A stretch of 64,000 bases of DNA. It comes from Octopus sinensis (Eukaryota). The notes under the pieces were generated by a model, which saw nothing but the letters and a program-made list of their open reading frames with translations, was not told the origin of the DNA and searched no databases. The stretch is taken from positions 156,984,001 to 157,048,000 of the forward strand of contig NC_042998.1 of the NCBI RefSeq assembly GCF_006345805.1, read 5' to 3'. This document shows positions 24,515 to 37,127 of the stretch, piece by piece. Within the stretch, counting starts at the first letter, position 1; each line of letters opens with the position of its first letter. The translations under genes and the position numbers were made by a program.

Positions 24515-25684
24515 CTAAAAGCAAGTTTAGTTGTTTGACAATTTATTTTGCATTTAGATAATAGATATATATGACAGGTAAAGCATATAGATTCTTCCTT
24601 GATTTTGATGACAAGTATACCAATTGTCTAATCAACTATACTACCTACTCACTGTATTAGTATGTACTCTACAGACACATGTACCTTTAACATAAACAAG
24701 TAGTGTGTGTAACAAAGCTAGTTCTTTATACATAAATTGTAATGCAGATTTATTTCTCCCTGATAATTAACAGTTTTATATAATTCCTATTTCAAACTAG
24801 GTAGATTAATAGTATGACAATATATATAGAAATGTAGCAGAAGAGGTATGCACAACTTAATTCACCTCGTTATTAATTATTATTTGTTTTATCAAGCCTG
24901 AAATAATGAATTTCGCTGTTGTAAATTTTGAAATTCTTCAGAAGTTTCCCCTACACTTTTGAACTAAAACTTTTTATTGAAGTTTTATTTTTGCACAAAA
25001 AAAATTTCCATAAAGAAACTGGAAATGATCAGGCCATATTTTTTGTTGTCTTACATATATTTTCTGTAAATATAGTAGGGATGGTTTTTATTGGAATAAT
25101 TGTTTCCATAGCTGAATGTTGGTCTTGTAACTAACCAATCACCCAAGAAATTAGAGTATAATTTATTGCATGTCAACCAGGAGTTATTTTTTCATAGATG
25201 GAGAATGTACATTGCTGGTACTTATTTTAAATAATGTTTCAGGGGTTTCAAAATGGAAGATATTGAAGGATTTAATTAAATAAAACACACTTCCATTGAA
25301 TAGTAGAATTGCGAAAGATTGAACTTAATACAAGATGCACATATATGGAATAATACCCAGAGATTGAATAGGCACTGAATTTTCTACACCAGCCATCAAC
25401 ATCTTACACACAATGAACTAAATACAATGCAAATACATACATACATAAAAGTGTAGACAGACTGAACTATATACAACACATATATACTATAGTATTGAAC
25501 TAAATGCAAGAAATATATAATAATGAAGGTATTGAACTAAATGCAAGAAATATATAATAATGAAGAAAGATTGAACCAAAACAAAACGTATGCATGCACA
25601 CACACAGAGGATAGTATAGATAAATTGAACTAAATACAACACAAACAACATAAAAATTCACTAAATGCAGTCCAACACTATTGT

Positions 25685-27868
25685 TAAGGACTACTGACAA
25701 GATCTGTGGATGGTGCAAAGGCCCCGCTTGACCCAAGGTAATGTGGTGATGGAACAATGTAGTTGACAGAGCCATTAGGGAAAAGAAACCTGCATGGAAG
25801 AACTGGAAGAATGGTGGTAGCAGAGAACTGTATCAGATTGCCAGAAGGTTTACTTAGCCAGAGAGGAAGTAGATGAGAAAAAATTTGCCAATGTTCTGCG
25901 TTGTGAGGACCAAAGACTTGAAGTGTTTTGTGTTGCAAGATAGTGTGTGAGAGAGAATTGTGATGTCAAAGGAGAGAAATGTGTCCACATGGATGATGGC
26001 TCACTTCCATTTAATGAGGCTACAAAGAGAGAGACTTGGAGATGCCACTACGAAGAGAATGGATGAGAGAAAGAGAGTCTGCCAAATGTCGACATAACAG
26101 AGAAACCTGCTATCCAAACAGACAGTACCTTGGTAGATAAAGCAATTAGGGGTATGAAAATAGGGATATCCCCCTGGCCCATCAAGAATCACCGCACAGA
26201 TGCTTAAAATATCTGGTGGTGTTGGCTATAGTCTAGTCATCTGCATAGTCAATCAGGTGATACATGGAGTCGTCACACCCAATGACAGGTGTAGCAGCAC
26301 CATAGTCAACTGCTACAAAGTAAAGGTGATGCATTAGATACGAATAATTACAGAGGTATCAAGTTGTTGGATCAAGTAATGAAAGTCATGGAGAGGGTCA
26401 TAGCCCAACTATTTAGGGAGAGAGTCAGTTTAGATGAGATGCAGTTTGGGTTTGTGCCAGAGGAAAGCACCACTAATGCTATATTTCTGGTAAGACAGCT
26501 GCAGGAGAAATACCTAGTCAAAGATAAACCTCTGTACCTGGCTTTTGTTGAAATAGAGAAAGCCTTTGACAGGGTCCCCCAATCTCTTATCAGATGGTCA
26601 ATGTGGAAACTAGGGATAGATGAGTGGTTAGTGAGAGCTGTACAAACCATGTACAGGGATGCTGTCAGTAAGGTGAGGGTTGGCAACGAGTACAGTGAAG
26701 AATTCCAGGTAGGGGTCCACCAAGGAGCAGTCCTCAGACCCCTCTTATTCATCATAGTCCTCCAGCAATAACAGAGGAATTCAAGACCCTGGGAGCTCCT
26801 CTATGCTGACGACCTTGCTCAAATAGCTGAGTCACTATCAGAAATAGAGAAGTGTCAGGTGTGGAAGCAAGGTCTAGAATCGAAGAGCCTTAGAGTCAAT
26901 CTAGCAAAAATCAAAGCCTTAATAAGTAGGCAGGCAGACAGATCACAAATCCCTTCAGGTAGATGGCCCTGCTCGATCTGGAGAAAAGGCAGAGGTGGAA
27001 ACTCCATAAGATGTACCCAGTGTAAGCTATGCACACATAAGTGATGCAGCAATATCAAAGGAAGGCTTATTGGGAAGATAGTTTTTGTATGTGGCAGATG
27101 CTCAGGAGCAATAAACACTGAAAATGTGCAGAAAACAGTTTCCGTCACATTCCAGGGGAAAAAAACCACAAGTAGTTGATAGCTTCCATTACCTAGGTGA
27201 CCAAGCCAGTAGTAGGGGTGGATGCACTGAAAGTGTAGCTGCTAGAATAAGAATAGCCTGAGCAAAGTTCAGAGGGCCGCTCACTCAGAATAAAAGGTAG
27301 ACTGTATGACGCTTGTGTATGAACAGCCAGTGAAACATGGGCTGTGACTACTGAGGACATGCGTAAGCTTGCAAGGAATGAAGCTAGTATGTTCTGCTGG
27401 ATGTGTAATGTCAGTGTGCATACATGACAGAGTGTAAGCTCCTTGAGAGAAAAGTTGGACATAAGAAGCATCAGATGTGGTATGCCAGAGAGATGAATGC
27501 GCTGGTATGGTCATGTGTTGCGTATGGATGAGGACAGCTGTGTGGCAAAGTTTCACACCCTTAGTCTCATACCGGTGGCATGTAAAAAGCACCATTCAAG
27601 CGTGGTCGTTGCCAGTGCTGCCATGTAAAAAGCGCCATTCAAGCATGGTCAATGCCAGTACCGCCTGACTAGCCCTCATGCTGGTAGCACGTATAAAGCA
27701 CCCACTACACTCTCGGAGTGGTTGGCATTTGGAAAGGCATCCAGCTGTAGAAACACTGCCAGATCAGATTGGAGCCTGGTGCAGCCTTCTGGCTTGCCAG
27801 CTCTCAGTCAAACCATCCAACCCATGCCAGCATGGAAAGCAGACGTTAAACGATTATGATGATGATGA
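25685..27868 (+). mobile_element. Second, more decayed RTE LINE of the same family (5'-truncated)
   Basis: RT motifs (QFGF, EKAFDRVP, GVHQG, LYADDL), Cys-rich insert, same 3' UTR and (GAT)n tail. Confidence 0.88.
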
Positions 27869-28020
27869 GGAAAATGGTGTGCTAGATTTTACAGTAGAGA
27901 TTTTGAATAATATTCCAACTTCTCATTTGCCTTGCTGGTTTGTGTAATGTATTTGCTTTTATATAGGTACCTCTTCGATACCTATTCACCATCATCAAGT
28001 GGATCAGGTATAATATATCT

Positions 28021-28106
<86 letters not shown>

Positions 28107-28107
<1 letters not shown>

Positions 28108-28507
28108 TGGCTGTGTGGTAAGTAGCTTGCTAACCAACCACATGGTTCCGGGTTCAGTCCCACTGCGTAGCATCTTGGGCAAGTGTCTTCTGCTATAGCC
28201 CCGGGCCGACCAATGCATTGTGAGTGGATTTGGTAGACGGAAACTGAAAGAAGCCTGTTGTATATATGTATATATGTGTGTGTGTGTGTGTGTGTGTTTG
28301 TGTGTCTGTGTTTGTCCCCCTAGCATTGCTTGACAACCGATGCTGGTGTGTTTACATCCCCGTCACTTAGCGCTTCGGCAAAAGAGACCGATAGAATAAG
28401 TACTGGGCTTACAAAGAATAAGTCCCGAGGTCGATTTGATCGACTAAAGGCGGTGCTCCAGCATGGCCGCAGTCAAATGACTGAAACAAGTAAAAGAGTA
28501 AAAGAGT
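28107..28507 (+). mobile_element. Full-length tRNA-derived SINE with CR1-like 3' end
   Basis: tRNA-like head (GGCTGTGTGGTAAG...GGGTTCAGTCCC), central (TG)n, 3' GGTGCTCCAGCATGGCCG-CAGTC(AAAT)GACTG-AAAC, then an (AAAAGAGT) tail. Sits inside (TA)n. Confidence 0.88.
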
Positions 28508-28559
28508 ATATATATATATATATATGGTGATTGCCTCTTCTTTACAGAAGAAGGCCATC

Positions 28560-29065
28560 TCTTCAATTAATAAATGCTGTCATGAGATCTTATATGACTA
28601 GCAAGTCCTGCTCTTGACAAACAAACTCTACTGCAGATCTTACAAATATTGTTAAGCAGAAAAGTGTCTGTGATTGTAGTTAAGTCCTGTCTACAAAGTG
28701 CTCATTTCAAGATAGATTGTTCAATTCTTCGAGCTTCAAATGCTTTACATCTATTGTAGATCATTTGATTCCAAACCGATTGATCTTGCATCATCTGCTC
28801 CCAGTTTTCAACTTTCACATTAAGAGCCTTAACAGCATCCCTAAAACATTTCTTAGGTTTATGTCTCGGATGTTTGCCATGCTGCAACTCCCCATAAAAT
28901 AACTGCTTTGGCAACCTGTCATCCAGCATTCTAGTAAGGTGCCCAACCCAACGCAGCTGATTGCATATGAGGATCATTTCAATACTGGATGTGTTAGCTT
29001 GCTGAAGAACAATGGTGTCTAGTTTTAACTGGTATTAAAGACTTCCATTTGATATCTAGTATCCT
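28560..29065 (-). mobile_element. RTE (BovB-like) LINE 3' fragment
   Basis: QLRWVGHLTRMLDDRLPKQLFYGELQHGKHPRHKPKKCFRD is a typical RTE C-terminus. Confidence 0.8.
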
Positions 29066-29103
<38 letters not shown>

Positions 29104-29139
29104 TATATATTATATATATATATACACATATATATAGGA

Positions 29140-30540
29140 GAAGAAAATGGACGTAATAACAAGTGGAAACGCGTTTTCACTGGTATGCCTTTCATTTAAT
29201 TAGATAACAAAGAAGAAGGAAGCAAAGATGAAGGTTACATTTACGATCGTTTCAATTTACTAGTTTTAGTAAATCTCTTCAGAATGCAAAAATAGATAGA
29301 TACATTGGTTAGGATGCAAAAATACTTGATACATATGTGATTGTGATAGAAGCAAAATTAGTAAATCTTACATTAAATTTTGTTCTTGTGCTGGGGAGAG
29401 GTTTTACTGTAATAGACTGGTTAGTTTTGTTGGGCAATTAGACGGGGATGAATATTATTTTGGTGTGGGGTTCCGAGTTTGACTAAGCATATTTTTTCAG
29501 GTGTGTGTATTAAATTTGCTTTTCGTCCACAGTGGGTTTATTCACCAGCAGTGTAAGTGAAGGTGGTAACTCTAATTTAGGGTGAGAAGGGAGCTAACTC
29601 ATACCAGTCTTTATTAGACTAGGTAGGGTGGTTTAGAATTGTATTATGGCTAAGAATTATATTATTACTAGAGTTTAGGAAGTTCTTAGTGCTTGAAGTG
29701 CTATGTAGGTGCAAAGTAAATTACTATGGAATGGGGAGGGCGAGTGGGTTTGCAGAGTGACTATTTGTGTGTAAGTGTTTAAGGTGGTTCCCAGCTAATT
29801 ACACTTATATTGATGACTATTCAAGTTTGGGATTATGGAAGACATAGAGGCCTACTTAAAGACAAAAGGGGTTATTCTACCGGTATTTTGAAAATACATA
29901 AAGGCCCACATGAAGGCAAAAAATGTTGTTCGCAAATTTCCTGTTCAGAAGGGGTTGTTTATCCGTAAATATAGCTATGGCGTTCTGATAGACAAAGATC
30001 ACAGCGTCTATTGGCGGTGTTGTAGGAGGTTGTTTTTGTGAGTATACGCCATTATAAACTATAATCTATTTTTCATCCTTAAGTTCCCAAATATATGTAC
30101 TTAGTCCTATTGAGTTGGCCTTACTCTTATTTCTGAAGCTTGATTGGTGCGCATTATATCTAAGAATCATTTGGTTCTTAGTGGCGCCTATGTATGAGTT
30201 CATCTGGTTATATGTGTAGATTTCACATTGGTAAACTACATTATTTGTCTTGCATCTATTTGAGAAATGGCACTTTGTTCTATCCCTGCAGCCACATGAA
30301 TAATTAGGTGTATCTTCATTCATGATGTATTGTGGGGGGCTATTATTTTTCAGGTCTATATCTAAGTTAGCAGGAGGTGCTGCATTATTACATCCATTTT
30401 CTTCTCCTATATAACCTAAACTACGGTCTACCAACTGAACCACCTGCTACTGTACAACTTTACAAAACACTATACCTACCCAGCTAATAACCAGGAGCGA
30501 CTTTGGATTTAATTATCCCTTAGAGGTATTAAACTCCTCT
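29140..30540 (-). mobile_element. Penelope-like element 3' part: GIY-YIG endonuclease + 3' UTR with HHR
   Basis: CGCRDRTKC...NVVYQC...SYIGAT...RYNAHQSSFRN...GLSTYIWELK, then after a frameshift WRIL...SYN...RRCDLCLSE...LLNR...CLH. Confidence 0.85.
29235..29289 (-). ncRNA. Apparently intact type I hammerhead ribozyme
   Basis: Minus strand: TTGCATT-CTGAAGA-GATTTACTA(aaac)TAGTAAATT-GAAA-C(GATC)G-TA-AATGTAA. 7-bp stem I, 9-bp stem II, palindromic stem III, GUA triplet. Confidence 0.9.
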
Positions 30541-31003
30541 AACTGACACCTACACTATTATATATATATATATACATAGATACATACACACACACACACA
30601 CACATACATACATACACACACACATACATACATACACACACACATATATATTTATTTACATTAAGGGCATTACTAAACGTAAATGCCTCATGTATGTATT
30701 ATGGTAGTTTTGACTTTAAGAGTTCCTCACAGCATGAAGTATTTATGTGTAGTAATGCCCTTTATGTAAATAAATATATTTAAAGGGAATAATAATAAAT
30801 TTTTCCCTCATGAGGTTTTTATGCTGACTACTTGATAAATTCTTATAAAGATTTTATCCTATTTTAAATTTTAAATATATGCATACATATACAGCGTCCA
30901 ATAATACTATATTTGTTCCACATCCTCACGTTGTTGTGTTTTTTTGTGCTTTCTTGTTTGGATTAACTTTATATATATATATATATAATACATATACATA
31001 TAC

Positions 31004-31043
<40 letters not shown>

Positions 31044-31299
31044 TTGTAAACTAATTGAATTTCCTTCTTATTACTTAGTTTGTTTTTTTCCTTCATATCA
31101 ATTATTTAAATGCAGAACAAACTAATTTTTCACTAAGAATTGCTGAAATCAATGAGTAATGTTCTACAGAACAACCATCACCCATGTTAATATTCTTAAA
31201 GTATTTGCAGACAAGCATCATCAAACTACAGTAGTTGCTATTAACAACAGTGAGAATAACAAATAAGAAACAGAAGAATTAGTCAAGTAAATAGCAGAC

Positions 31300-31472
31300 C
31301 TTAATCTCATCTGTTTGTTTGAATTCCTCGTGCACTAAATTTTCTACATTAGCCATCAACATTTTTCCTGTGTTTGAATGCAAGGTTTTTTCAATCACTT
31401 CAATATCTTCATTATCTTTTATTCCATTTTCTTGATTTCGTCTGTGGCGCCGTGATTTACGTTTTTTATCAT
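31300..31472 (-). CDS. LONP1: LONP1 coding exon 5 (173 nt)
   Basis: ttctttatag acceptor, translates (D)DKKRKSRRHRRNQENGIKDNEDIEVIEKTLHSNTGKMLMANVENLVHEEFKQTDEIK, GTCTGC donor. LMxxVENxVHExF matches LONP1. Confidence 0.9.
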
Positions 31473-32407
31473 CTATAAAGAAATAGAAAAAAAAAAAAAC
31501 AGTAATATAATACTTTCTAAGAAATAAATTTAATTAATTACAGTTTCAAAATTCTCTGAAAAAACCTTCTATTTTACTAAAAGCGCAGAGAGGATATTCA
31601 TTTGTTTTTATTTTATATTTATTCTGCAAAAGTTGACTCAGCTTTTTCATCTTCTAGGATCTATGGAGAATAAATGCTAAACAACTACAAGGATTATGTA
31701 AACCACTCTTCACTCTAAGAGTTGCTGAAGCATGGCACAAACTGCTGGCATCAGTTGTTAGTTGTCGGAGCACTGCATCCTTCAAAACTTCCATGCTTCC
31801 TGAGATTCGCCAACACTATACCTGATTTTCTCCCCTCAATACTCACACAAGCATGTATCTGACTCATACACTGTTCACTTCCCAGACATTTGCACATTAC
31901 TGCATATGCTTTATATGTACTTTTGACAAGTTGTGGTGCACCTGAGCACTGTATTATTATTATTATTATTATTTGTGATCTTGTACTTCTTGTCTAAAAC
32001 CCTTTTTAATTTAACCTATTAAGGACAGTGGATGGTTAAATTGATAGGTTCAGAAAAAATTCTTCGCCCCTATTAGTTACACCCTCTTATGCTCTGAACA
32101 AATCCTGCTGGTGCCTACTTTATGCTTATCAGTCATTTACAAAGAATGACTGTTAAACTTTTAAGTTTAAACATTTAAGACTTGTGCTGAGTTAAGAAAT
32201 CATTTAATTCAATAGGGCTTTATTGCATAAGACAGAATTTAAGCAATAATATAACGTTAAATGCTGCCTTTATTGGAACAGAAATTGCTTGGAGATATGG
32301 AAACATTTATTTATAAAAAAATCCTGGAATTTACAAGCAAGTTCTGATGGAATAGTCACATGTAAATACAATTAGAAAGAGAAAGAAGAAAAAGAAAGAA
32401 AACTTAC

Positions 32408-32463
32408 CACAAGTCTGGTCTGTTACTTCTTCAGATTCAAAGATGATGTTGTTAATTTTGATT
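32408..32463 (-). CDS. LONP1: LONP1 coding exon 4 (56 nt)
   Basis: ttttcag acceptor, translates (R)IKINNIIFESEEVTDQTC(D), GTAAG donor. Phases (2 in, 1 out) join exons 3 and 5 exactly. Confidence 0.82.
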
Positions 32464-32587
32464 CTGAAAATAAATAATTGTTCAACATCATCATAATCAC
32501 CACCTCTTTAATATGAACTACATTAGACTGTTAAACAAAATTCTCTTACAATATTTAGCTAAGACTCTTTATGTTCTGAGTTCAATT

Positions 32588-32803
32588 TTCTGCCAGTCAT
32601 CATAAGAATTTCTTATACAGGCTCAAAGCCAGAAATTTGGTTGGGTGGCATTGTCAATTGAATTCTGGTACTTTATTTAATTGTACCTAAAAGGTACCTT
32701 TTAGGTACAATTAAATAAAGTACCAGAATTCAATTGACAATGCCACCCAACCAAATTTCTGGCTTTGAGCCTGTATAAGAAATTCTTATGATGACTGGCA
32801 GAA
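32588..32803. repeat. Perfect spacerless 216-bp palindrome
   Basis: The 108-bp arms are exactly reverse-complementary, centred on GGTACC (32693-32698). Confidence 0.95.
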
Positions 32804-34004
32804 TTGTTAGGGTACTAGACAAATGCTTTTTTGTAGTTGTTTTGGCTTTCAGCAATCTGAGTTCAATTTCCACCAAGATCAACTTCGCTTTTCATCCTTT
32901 TAGGATCTATAAAATAAAGTACCAGTCAAATACTGGGGTTGATTCAATCAACTAACCCCACTATCACATCCAAATTTGTGGCCTTATGCCTATATTAGAA
33001 ATTATTATCATCATCAGCAATGAATTGGCTGAATTGTTAGAGTGTAGGGCAAAATGCCTAGCAGTAATTAGTTATGCTACTTTATGTTCTGAATACAAAG
33101 CCTGCCAAGGTAAACTTTGCCTTTTATCCTTCCTCAGTATATATAGTACCAGCCAAATACTGGAGTGAATTTGATAGATTTATCCCTCCCCTCAAATTTT
33201 TGGTCTTGAGCCTATATGGGAAACAATTTTTATTAGTAATTTATTTTTTTAAAGCTGATAACACAGAATATAAAATCAGTTCTCATAAATAAAATAGTAT
33301 TTAATGTTATACAATTATCTCTGAACTATGTTTTTAGATGAAAACCAAAATCTCAGTGTTATTATTAGCTGTCAAAACCATTCAACCCTATTTCTTACTT
33401 TGTCAAAAACTATCTTGCTAAACAAGACTGAAACAGTCAGTGGAACTGACTTCCAATATATTACTCTATCCAATCCATCACAGGAGGATGAAAAACTGTC
33501 AACTTATTAATGTTGCTGTTGTTTAGCTCAAAGTCACCCCTGATCAGACAGATCAAAGGTATTCCATGTATGACCATACAGTCTTTTTTTCTATCTAAAT
33601 CAAGAAATGCATCCTTCCCTTTTCAAGACAGTAGTGTGTAATTTGAGGGGATTTTGTAGCTATTTCTAGCCTATAGGGATCCTCTTGCTGATGTGCATGT
33701 ATTTAGACAAGGTGCTCTGTTGTCTTGGCTATCTTGATGACTGTTTTGATTCATCATCACCATTAATTTAAGGTCAACATTTTCATGTTTGCATAGGTCA
33801 GATGAGTATTCATTGAGGTAAATTTTCAACAACCAGAAATCTTTGTTGCTAAACCTCATCAGTTTCCAAGTAAGGTAATATTTCAGCTAGCTCAGACATG
33901 TTTTCAGGGAAGATGGTAAACAAATGACATTACTTGTATGACTGGAGTTTATTCACAATTAACACATGATGCCAAGACAAGGACATACACACGTTTACAC
34001 ACAA

Positions 34005-34145
34005 GGGGCTTCTTTTCAATTTTCATTTACCAATTTAAGTCATGAAGCTATAGTTGAAGACACTTGCCCTAAGTGCCGAGCAGTAGCATTGAACCCAAAA
34101 TCAGATGGTTGTGAAGCACACTTCTTAACCACACAACCATGCTTA
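34005..34145 (-). mobile_element. Degenerate tRNA-SINE head
   Basis: Diverged reverse complement of the 28107 SINE head (GAAGACACTTGCCC...GAACCC...AACCACACAACCATG). Confidence 0.6.
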
Positions 34146-35036
34146 GCAAGGTAAAGTTGATGAACAGATGATCTGAACTCAGAACATAAACAAACATAAA
34201 TGCCACAGTGTCTTTGCTCATCTTTACTGATTCTATGATCTATTGTCCTCAAGAGCAACATTCAGAGTAGTTCTATATTGTGTTCTATGTGTATACTGTA
34301 ACATTATAGCATCTTTCTTTATGTTTTTGAAACTCTCAATAATGGCATTGGCCCAAATATAAAATATATTATGTACAACAAAGTTTGCAAGAAGATTCAC
34401 TTATAATAACAACAGCAATCGGACATACATGACAGATGATGTTGATGTGACCACTGTTTTATGAACTATTGTTCACAAAAATAATGCAAAACTTAAACAA
34501 GTGAAATGCGTTAAAGTGCCATCTGTACGATTTAATGAAGACTTTCTTTCAATCTAAATGAAAAGACTTATGTAAGCAAAGTAATTGGTACCACTAAAGT
34601 TATCAAATTACTGGAATGTTGTAATGATCAAGATTTAATTCATACTAATCGTTGCACCTTGATGAATTGCATGGAGGAAAGGTTCTTGCATCATTCACAG
34701 TTCTGGCAATCAGAGATGAAAACATGATGCCTGCTCATACCACACTGCTGTCTATGAACTGAGAGGTCAATTTGCTCATTTAAATTCCCAGTATCATTAA
34801 TATTCCCAATGATCTAGAGAAAATGAAACAGAGGATATTTGTGTTCTGCTTCTATGATTATACCATAACAATATTGAATTTTTACTTTCAGAACTAGCAT
34901 TTGTGGTATTGGTAGCATTAGTAACTCTCAGTCAATGTTATATTAAATGTAAGTACAGACAAAAAAAAAAAAAAAATCAGTTAATCTGTGTTAACTTTCA
35001 AAACAAAATTCTACAGATGTGGAGTTAAATACATAC

Positions 35037-35156
35037 CGACGATGAGCTAAAACAATCATTCTTAACTTGTCACCAAGATCTTGCATTTCTGTGATTTGAA
35101 CAAATGACCCAATAGGATAGATATCATCCATAGAGGAAATTACTTCAGAATCATTA
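35037..35156 (-). CDS. LONP1: LONP1 coding exon 3 (120 nt)
   Basis: tttcag acceptor, translates (S)[39 protein letters not shown](R), GTATGT donor. [13 protein letters not shown] is typical of LONP1. Confidence 0.95.
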
Positions 35157-36010
35157 CTGAAAAATAAAATTTTAATGCTTAGGACCATTGTTACATTGTT
35201 AAATAAGATATGGAGGACTACTTCAGTTCTTACTTTTGGCTTAAGATTTGTTCAACAATCATGATCTACAAGGGAACTTGCTAGAAGTAGCAACACAAAA
35301 TTCATTTACATCAGTTTTATTACATTCCCCTATACTACATTCATAGTTCTAAATTCTGTTCACTCTTGCTGGATATCATACTAATTAAATGTAATTAATT
35401 CTTGTGGATCTAAAGCAGAAAACTTCTTTTGAAAATCTGAAGAAAATATTGTGAGAAGTGTTTGGAAAGCAAAATAATGCTTAAAGCTTTCTCATAGACT
35501 CTTCATATTGATGTAGTATAATCTATCACAATCCCTTCATTGTAATGTAGATGATAGAAAACAAACAAACAACAAAATAAAAAGCTAAAAGTGTTACAAC
35601 CCTCTCATGCAAAATATTCAGCTTTGCAGGTTCATCCAATTCTCCTTATTCTGGAAAATGTTTATATGGGAAACCAAAAATAAGCTTATGTAAAACAATG
35701 CTGTCAGATGATCCATTCATGAGAGTGTATGTTGAGAAAGTAGCCAAATGTGTATGATACTAGGCTGTCAGCTATTCTGTTATGGGTGCAAATTTAAAGT
35801 ATTTCATTTTGTTTCTGGTTGGTTAACTATTTATAACAGAGCATTTAAAAATATGCTTATTACACATTTCAAACTAGAGAAAGCAACAGGATTGTAACTC
35901 ATTTAAAATATGGTGTCAATTTCTCTTACTTCTGTGTATGTTGTTGACCACATAATCTAGAATTCAAACCTTTATGTTGTATCTAAGTAAAGCCCTGATG
36001 AAACCTTAAA

Positions 36011-37127
36011 ACAAGTATCTGAATATTCCTCAGACACTTTAATCGCAGATACAGTTAATCCAAGTATTGGATAGATAATAGCTGTGTCACGACATCAAAC
36101 TCAGAACTTTATGACTGTGAAATGGTTTCCACTGATGAAACCTTAAAAAGACTCCACTCTGTATTTAATGATTAGCTGTAGGAAGGACATTCTTTTTTTA
36201 GTATATAAGCTAATCAGAGGAATAAGGCCAATATCCATGAACTTTGCACTCTCTCCTAGATTAGTGAGACAGATATTTAGGTTGAACATCTGTGTGAAAA
36301 ATGCCAGAAGACTGCTGTTTTCAGAATGAAGGACTGGTAAATTGAGATGTAAAAGAGTAGGGCTGATATGAAGATGAGAAATGGGATTATCACAATGGCC
36401 TGGCTATCAGGTAAAGTATGCAGCTAGCTAGTTCAGATAGAAATGAGGATATCATATTATACAACTTAAAGTCTCACAAAAGCTTAGAATGCAATAATGA
36501 ACATACCTATCATCTTTCTTCAAGAATATTCCAGCATATGGTAAGTTAAGTTTAACTTTCCTTCGGAGTACATCCATGAGGTCTTTGTTGGTAACCTAAA
36601 ATTAGGAAATAAAAAGAAAAAAGAAAAGTGAATAACAAAATAGAGAATTTGAAATGGTAGCTCTTTCCATGTTTCACTTAATTCCCCAAGGTCATATTTA
36701 AAAAAACAAAACAAAACAAAAAAAAACTAGATGATGCTAATTTTAGATATTCTAACAATTTAAGAAAACAAATTGAACCCAAGAAGCATGTTTGTCAAAG
36801 AGCTGAAGTTCTTACATCAGTGATTGCATTGTGTTACTTGAAGAAATACTTTGTAATCATAGCATTTCTTTGCATTTCCATAACAAATTACACATGAACC
36901 ACAACTGAAACTAAATAAGCTTTCAGTTGGGTCCAACCTGTATATGTAATGCAGTGAATGTGTGCATGTATAAAACATAAAAGGGCTTGGACAGAGTCAA
37001 ATGACTACAAATTCATTTCACAGTCATAAAGTTCTGAGTTTGATGTCATGACACAGTTATTATCTATCCAATACTTGGATTAACTGTATCTGCAATTAAA
37101 GTGTCTGAGGAATATTCAGATACTTGT
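36011..37127. repeat. 114-bp inverted repeat (36011-36124 / 37014-37127) bracketing LONP1 exon 2
   Basis: Arms are reverse-complementary, with about 3 substitutions seen. Confidence 0.9.
36507..36595 (-). CDS. LONP1: LONP1 coding exon 2 (89 nt)
   Basis: ttttag acceptor, translates VTNKDLMDVLRRKVKLNLPYAGIFLKKDD(S), GTATGT donor. Continues the Lon N-domain in frame. Confidence 0.93.

Noticed and set aside
35995-36148. CTGATGA heptamers (also at ~24254 and ~38399) as HHR cores
   Set aside because: No correctly placed stem II, GAAA, stem III and stem I could be built.
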